Positions 47,836 through 53,709 of a stretch of 53,709 nt of DNA are shown here, piece by piece. Where the stretch lies: NCBI GenBank assembly GCA_963830915.1, contig CAWHOE010000071.1:1-53709 (forward strand). Reading direction: 5' to 3'. The notes beneath the pieces are model-generated. The model made no database searches. It was not told the origin of the DNA and was given only the letters and a program-made list of their open reading frames with translations. Made by a program: the position numbers and the translations under genes. This stretch comes from a candidate division FCPU426 bacterium. GTDB taxonomy: Bacteria > Oederibacteriota > Muellerivitia > Muellerivitales > Muellerivitaceae. Position 1 is the stretch's first letter. Every line of letters begins with the position of its first letter.

Positions 47836-50800
47836 ATGCATAGGGATTTAAAAATATTTTTTAGAATAATGTTCCTAGCGTTTTTTGTTGCCCTTCTCTT
47901 GGGGACGCAAGGTCAGGCTCAAGCGGCGGGCCGCCAATTCTTAAAAGGCCATGTGCCCAAAGAAACATCCACGGCGACGCTCCTTGGCGATGTTCCCACC
48001 GACCAACAGCTCAATTTAGCTATCGGGTTGCCCCTTCGGAATCAATCCGCGCTCCAATCAATGATCCAGCGTCTTTATGATCGCAAAAGCCCCATTTTCC
48101 ACCATTTCCTCAAACCGGCGAAATTCACTGAGATGTTCGGTCCGACCGAGGCCGATTATCAGGCGCTAATCGAGTTCGCTAAGGCGAAAGGGCTTCACAT
48201 CTCCAATACACATCCCAATCGCTTGTTGCTGGATGTTAGCGGCACAGCGGCAGTTGTCCAAAGGGCTTTCAATGTCCGGTTGCATCTTTATCAACGCAAG
48301 GACGGTCGCCAGTTTTACGCCCCGGAGAACGAGCCTTCACTAGACTTGGATGTCCCAATCCAGCACATCGCCGGTTTGGATAATTCGATAGTGATTCTTC
48401 GTTCAAACCGGTCCCTCAAGAAACAGGTCAATTTGGTCGGCGAGAATGCCGACATTTTTAAACCGTCCAATGGTCAAGTGCGCGCTAACTCAGGGACTGG
48501 TATCCCTGTTAGCATTTTTTATCCAGGTCAAACCGGATATACCTATACCGGGAATGACTTCCGGAATGTTTATCTTCCGTGCGCGACCCAAACGGGGGCG
48601 GGACAAACCATCGCCTTGTTCGAAGCGGATAATTATTATCAGGCCGATATTAACGCTTACTCGAATTACACAGGGTTAGCGATCCCGAATATCTCGGTCG
48701 TGAAGGTGGATGAAAGTTCCTTACAAACGCCCGGTTGTTATGAAGATGAGGTAATGCTGGATATCGACATGGCTTGGTCCATGGCGCCAGGAGCCGCCAT
48801 CCTTGTTTATGAAGGGCCTAATAATCAGCCTAGTTGTTGTGGGCCCCTTTCCTGCGGATTTAATTACAACTTCCCGCCGGACGATATGTTGAATCGGATG
48901 GCTACCGACGACCTTGCTAACCAGATAAGCAGTTCCTGGGTATGGTCCAATCAGGGAAACTATGACACAACCATCGCCGGAATCTTTTCCGAATTCGCCG
49001 CGCAAGGGCAATCTTTCTTCCAGTCCTCCGGGGATCTGGGTGCTTATAACATTCCCAATTCGGTCGCCCCGTATGTTGTCATGCCTGCTGTCATGTCTCC
49101 TTTGATGACAGTTTGTGGCGGAACATCCCTGGTCACCAGCGGTACAAACGGAACCAGCGCAGGTTCCTATATCTCTGAAACGACCTGGAACGATCCTTTG
49201 GACAGGCAGACTCCTTTGCCCGATCTGGAAAACTCGGTCAGTGGTGGGGGCTATGTTGGGCCGGCTCCTGACAATTCGGCAGGCCTGACTTTCCCTGCGT
49301 GGCAAAACGGGATTACCGCCGCGAATTCGGAAGTATCTCCTGAATATAGGAATATTCCGGACGTCGCTTTCTTGGCGGATGACATCATGATCTTTGTTAA
49401 TAATGGGAAAGATTATTCGTTAGAAGCTGGTACTAGCGCGGCGGCTCCAATGTGGGCAGGATTCATGGCCCTGGCTAATGAGCTATCGGCCGAAGATGGG
49501 AATCCACCTATCGGTTTCGCCAACCCGGCACTTTATTCACTCGCGGGTTATCCATCGTCTTATAACACCAACGATTTTCATGATATCAATGATGGCAGTA
49601 ACAATAATTATTCAGGTAGTGGCATGTATCACGCTGTCACGGGATATGATCTGACCACGGGATTAGGTAGCCCCAAATGTCCCCTGATAACGGATATTGT
49701 TACTTTACCGGTCACGATTCTATTCTCTCCCACCCCCACAATGGACCCCACGCCTATCGCGAAAACGTCAACGTCGACACCGACATCTACTAACACAGCC
49801 ACTCCAACGATGACCTACACAATTACTAGCGGTCAAACTTCCACGACCACTGCGACTAACACGGCCACGAATACCGCCACCAATACCCCTACAAACGCTG
49901 TAAGTCAGATTTGCTTGACTAGTGGAAACGCCCCTGGTGAAGTCGTTACGAACGACCAAAATTCTTCTTATACTTGCACTGGTGGACAAGAAGTTTCTAT
50001 TCAACCTAATGAATGTGAGCCTTCAATTAATCCTGGCACGTGGCCTTTCACACAGGTTTTCAACATTCCGGCTGGCACTACTGGTAGTTTTAACTGGACT
50101 CTTTCCGTAAGGGCGGATGATTCCGCTAAGGTTTTCTTGAATGGCACTGAAATCGACGGGGGTATATGCCCAGTAGGTTGCAATAACCTTCCTAACTGTC
50201 CCGCCACATCTGGCGTTTATAACATTGGGACCGTTGTTGCAGATGGACCAAATACTTTGGTTGTGGATATGATCAACACCGATACGCCCTGTAGTTCCAT
50301 GGCGTATAAGTTTTGCGCATCCTATTCCGAAAGTTCTCCATCAACATCGACGAATACCCCTACCAATACGGCCACGAACACGGCTACCAACACTGCGACG
50401 CCTACTGCGACGAACACAGCCACTCCGACAGCGACGAACACGTACACCTATACACCTGGATGCGCTTGCGCGTCACCGCAAGTGACCTACGGGACGGGAG
50501 TTGCTGGTTCGGCCAATGGGCAGTTGAATGGCAACAGCCAGATGGCGGTTGGGACAACGAACGGAGTGGAATCGGTTTATTTTGCGGATATCAACACCAA
50601 CCGAATCGACCAATTCAACGCTGCGACAGGAGCGTTTGAGAATTATTACACTTGCGGCGGATTGAACTACGCTTACGGGGTTGCCTTGAGCACGAATGGA
50701 CGGTACCTATTCGCGGCGAGCACAAACTCTAATGTGGTTATCGAGATAGATCTGCTCAATGGCGGGAACGTCGTGAATACGATCTCCGTGAACCATCCCA

Positions 50801-53709
50801 TTTATGTGACGGTGGATTCCGTGACGGGGAACCTGTGGGTGAGCAGCGACACGACGGTGAGCGAGTTCGTCGAGCAAACCCCGACGAGTTTCTTGCCAGG
50901 AGCTGTTTTGACGTCGAGCTTGTTCAACGGATCCTATGGGGTCCTGCCGCAGGGCAACACGGTGTATGTGGGAAGCTCCAACAACGGGCTTATCACGGAG
51001 TGGACTTCGACGAATGGAACGAGCTACACCTACGCTGGTACGGTTTACACGGGGAATATCGGGGTGATGCAGATGGCGGTGGACCCGTCCAACCCCAACC
51101 ATGTGTACATCGGGACATCGAACGATGGGTACGTGATCATGGACATGACCACGAATCCTTGGACGGTGGTGTACCAGTGCTATCCGGAAGGGCAGCAAAT
51201 GGCGTCTGGCATCGGGGTGGACTTGACGAAAGATTATCACTCATTGAACTACGATGCCAAAGGGGACGCGTTCACGAAAGCAACGACGATGTGCATGACG
51301 CCTGTTGTCACGGCCACACCTTCGGCCACCAATACGGCCACGAACACGGCTACCAACACTGCGACGCCTACTGCGACGAACACAGCCACTCCGACAGCGA
51401 CGAACACGTACACCTATACACCTGGATGCGCTTGCGCGTCACCGCAAGTGACCTACGGGACGGGAGTTGCTGGTTCGGCCAATGGGCAGTTGAATGGCAA
51501 CAGCCAGATGGCGGTTGGGACAACGAACGGAGTGGAATCGGTTTATTTTGCGGATATCAACACCAACCGAATCGACCAATTCAACGCTGCGACAGGAGCG
51601 TTTGAGAATTATTACACTTGCGGCGGATTGAACTACGCTTACGGGGTTGCCTTGAGCACGAATGGACGGTACCTATTCGCGGCGAGCACAAACTCTAATG
51701 TGGTTATCGAGATAGATCTGCTCAATGGCGGGAACGTCGTGAATACGATCTCCGTGAACCATCCCATTTATGTGACGGTGGATTCCGTGACGGGGAACCT
51801 GTGGGTGAGCAGCGACACGACGGTGAGCGAGTTCGTCGAGCAAACCCCGACGAGTTTCTTGCCAGGAGCTGTTTTGACGTCGAGCTTGTTCAACGGATCC
51901 TATGGGGTCCTGCCGCAGGGCAACACGGTGTATGTGGGAAGCTCCAACAACGGGCTTATCACGGAGTGGACTTCGACGAATGGAACGAGCTACACCTACG
52001 CTGGTACGGTTTACACGGGGAATATCGGGGTGATGCAGATGGCGGTGGACCCGTCCAACCCCAACCATGTGTACATCGGGACATCGAACGATGGGTACGT
52101 GATCATGGACATGACCACGAATCCTTGGACGGTGGTGTACCAGTGCTATCCGGAAGGGCAGCAAATGGCGTCTGGCATCGGGGTGGACTTGACGAAAGAT
52201 TATCACTCATTGAACTACGATGCCAAAGGGGACGCGTTCACGAAAGCAACGACGATGTGCATGACGCCTGTTGTCACGGCCACACCTTCGGCCACCAATA
52301 CGGCCACGAACACGGCTACCAACACTGCGACGCCTACTGCGACGAACACAGCCACTCCGACAGCGACGAACACGTACACCTATACACCTGGATGCGCTTG
52401 CGCGTCACCGCAAGTGACCTACGGGACGGGAGTTGCTGGTTCGGCCAATGGGCAGTTGAATGGCAACAGCCAGATGGCGGTTGGGACAACGAACGGAGTG
52501 GAATCGGTTTATTTTGCGGATATCAACACCAACCGAATCGACCAATTCAACGCTGCGACAGGAGCGTTTGAGAATTATTACACTTGCGGCGGATTGAACT
52601 ACGCTTACGGGGTTGCCTTGAGCACGAATGGACGGTACCTATTCGCGGCGAGCACAAACTCTAATGTGGTTATCGAGATAGATCTGCTCAATGGCGGGAA
52701 CGTCGTGAATACGATCTCCGTGAACCATCCCATTTATGTGACGGTGGATTCCGTGACGGGGAACCTGTGGGTGAGCAGCGACACGACGGTGAGCGAGTTC
52801 GTCGAGCAAACCCCGACGAGTTTCTTGCCAGGAGCTGTTTTGACGTCGAGCTTGTTCAACGGATCCTATGGGGTCCTGCCGCAGGGCAACACGGTGTATG
52901 TGGGAAGCTCCAACAACGGGCTTATCACGGAGTGGACTTCGACGAATGGAACGAGCTACACCTACGCTGGTACGGTTTACACGGGGAATATCGGGGTGAT
53001 GCAGATGGCGGTGGACCCGTCCAACCCCAACCATGTGTACATCGGGACATCGAACGATGGGTACGTGATCATGGACATGACCACGAATCCTTGGACGGTG
53101 GTGTACCAGTGCTATCCGGAAGGGCAGCAAATGGCGTCTGGCATCGGGGTGGACTTGACGAAAGATTATCACTCATTGAACTACGATGCCAAAGGGGACG
53201 CGTTCACGAAAGCAACGACGATGTGCATGACGCCTGTTGTCACGGCCACACCTTCGGCCACCAATACGGCCACGAACACGGCTACCAACACTGCGACGCC
53301 TACTGCGACGAACACAGCCACTCCGACAGCGACGAACACGTACACCTATACACCTGGATGCGCTTGCGCGTCACCGCAAGTGACCTACGGGACGGGAGTT
53401 GCTGGTTCGGCCAATGGGCAGTTGAATGGCAACAGCCAGATGGCGGTTGGGACAACGAACGGAGTGGAATCGGTTTATTTTGCGGATATCAACACCAACC
53501 GAATCGACCAATTCAACGCTGCGACAGGAGCGTTTGAGAATTATTACACTTGCGGCGGATTGAACTACGCTTACGGGGTTGCCTTGAGCACGAATGGACG
53601 GTACCTATTCGCGGCGAGCACAAACTCTAATGTGGTTATCGAGATAGATCTGCTCAATGGCGGGAACGTCGTGAATACGATCTCCGTGAACCATCCCATT
53701 TATGTGACG
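47836..53709 (+). CDS. Secreted S53 (sedolisin/kumamolisin) protease fused to tandem beta-propeller modules; runs off the window and is absent from the ORF track
   Basis: Manual translation: MHRDLKIFF..AQA signal, pro-domain (LPLRNQ, F..MFGPT), EVMLD, SSGDLG, GTSAAAPMWAG, GYDLTTGLGSP; the frame continues into the repeats. Confidence 0.88.
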   Translation, partial: MHRDLKIFFRIMFLAFFVALLLGTQGQAQAAGRQFLKGHVPKETSTATLLGDVPTDQQLNLAIGLPLRNQSALQSMIQRLYDRKSPIFHHFLKPAKFTEMFGPTEADYQALIEFAKAKGLHISNTHPNRLLLDVSGTAAVVQRAFNVRLHLYQRKDGRQFYAPENEPSLDLDVPIQHIAGLDNSIVILRSNRSLKKQVNLVGENADIFKPSNGQVRANSGTGIPVSIFYPGQTGYTYTGNDFRNVYLPCATQTGAGQTIALFEADNYYQADINAYSNYTGLAIPNISVVKVDESSLQTPGCYEDEVMLDIDMAWSMAPGAAILVYEGPNNQPSCCGPLSCGFNYNFPPDDMLNRMATDDLANQISSSWVWSNQGNYDTTIAGIFSEFAAQGQSFFQSSGDLGAYNIPNSVAPYVVMPAVMSPLMTVCGGTSLVTSGTNGTSAGSYISETTWNDPLDRQTPLPDLENSVSGGGYVGPAPDNSAGLTFPAWQNGITAANSEVSPEYRNIPDVAFLADDIMIFVNNGKDYSLEAGTSAAAPMWAGFMALANELSAEDGNPPIGFANPALYSLAGYPSSYNTNDFHDINDGSNNNYSGSGMYHAVTGYDLTTGLGSPKCPLITDIVTLPVTILFSPTPTMDPTPIAKTSTSTPTSTNTATPTMTYTITSGQTSTTTATNTATNTATNTPTNAVSQICLTSGNAPGEVVTNDQNSSYTCTGGQEVSIQPNECEPSINPGTWPFTQVFNIPAGTTGSFNWTLSVRADDSAKVFLNGTEIDGGICPVGCNNLPNCPATSGVYNIGTVVADGPNTLVVDMINTDTPCSSMAYKFCASYSESSPSTSTNTPTNTATNTATNTATPTATNTATPTATNTYTYTPGCACASPQVTYGTGVAGSANGQLNGNSQMAVGTTNGVESVYFADINTNRIDQFNAATGAFENYYTCGGLNYAYGVALSTNGRYLFAASTNSNVVIEIDLLNGGNVVNTISVNHPIYVTVDSVTGNLWVSSDTTVSEFVEQTPTSFLPGAVLTSSLFNGSYGVLPQGNTVYVGSSNNGLITEWTSTNGTSYTYAGTVYTGNIGVMQMAVDPSNPNHVYIGTSNDGYVIMDMTTNPWTVVYQCYPEGQQMASGIGVDLTKDYHSLNYDAKGDAFTKATTMCMTPVVTATPSATNTATNTATNTATPTATNTATPTATNTYTYTPGCACASPQVTYGTGVAGSANGQLNGNSQMAVGTTNGVESVYFADINTNRIDQFNAATGAFENYYTCGGLNYAYGVALSTNGRYLFAASTNSNVVIEIDLLNGGNVVNTISVNHPIYVTVDSVTGNLWVSSDTTVSEFVEQTPTSFLPGAVLTSSLFNGSYGVLPQGNTVYVGSSNNGLITEWTSTNGTSYTYAGTVYTGNIGVMQMAVDPSNPNHVYIGTSNDGYVIMDMTTNPWTVVYQCYPEGQQMASGIGVDLTKDYHSLNYDAKGDAFTKATTMCMTPVVTATPSATNTATNTATNTATPTATNTATPTATNTYTYTPGCACASPQVTYGTGVAGSANGQLNGNSQMAVGTTNGVESVYFADINTNRIDQFNAATGAFENYYTCGGLNYAYGVALSTNGRYLFAASTNSNVVIEIDLLNGGNVVNTISVNHPIYVTVDSVTGNLWVSSDTTVSEFVEQTPTSFLPGAVLTSSLFNGSYGVLPQGNTVYVGSSNNGLITEWTSTNGTSYTYAGTVYTGNIGVMQMAVDPSNPNHVYIGTSNDGYVIMDMTTNPWTVVYQCYPEGQQMASGIGVDLTKDYHSLNYDAKGDAFTKATTMCMTPVVTATPSATNTATNTATNTATPTATNTATPTATNTYTYTPGCACASPQVTYGTGVAGSANGQLNGNSQMAVGTTNGVESVYFADINTNRIDQFNAATGAFENYYTCGGLNYAYGVALSTNGRYLFAASTNSNVVIEIDLLNGGNVVNTISVNHPIYVT
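50362..53709 (+). repeat. Intragenic 966-bp (322-codon) tandem repeat, 3 full copies plus a partial
   Basis: Copies start at 50362, 51328, 52294 and 53260; identical shadow ORFs recur at 966-bp spacing. Confidence 0.95.

Noticed and set aside
43812..51327. Diversity-generating retroelement TR/VR pair
   Set aside because: The duplicated modules are whole coding domains, no adenine-specific mismatch pattern was evident, and there is no reverse transcriptase
50313..53537. Repeated 256-aa, 177-aa and 108-aa ORFs in the track
   Set aside because: Off-frame or antisense shadows of the S53-propeller gene

Overview
A gene-dense, mostly GC-rich bacterial chromosome segment from a diderm organism; the taxon cannot be fixed from sequence alone. 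The housekeeping and transport genes are tandem RND permeases, a NodIJ-like ABC-2 pair, pcm, two PMT/GT39-like membrane glycosyltransferases, a degenerate Mrp-like cluster, an atypical P-II next to a frameshifted glnE, a glycogen debranching enzyme, ABC-F, RidA, GNAT, START, an NCS2 permease and MarR-TolC-EmrAB. Two things stand out. (1) The AT-rich intergenic regions are built from nested miniature palindromic elements. One 76-80 bp double-hairpin family occurs 7 times, always flanked by an oriented CA duplication, and filled and empty alleles are both visible in the window. (2) From 36.8 kb to the end lies a secretion/regulation locus: an NHL beta-propeller protein with a T9SS-like C-terminal domain, a PorV-like barrel with TPR, an ECF sigma, an anti-sigma ending in a FlgD/CTD-like Ig domain, and two giant secreted proteins. 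The sigma gene and both giant genes share a GGAATA-N15-CGTCTT promoter motif. The last gene is missing from the ORF track; it is an S53 protease with about 3.5 apparently identical 966-bp propeller repeats. No rRNA, tRNA, CRISPR array or transposase was recognised.
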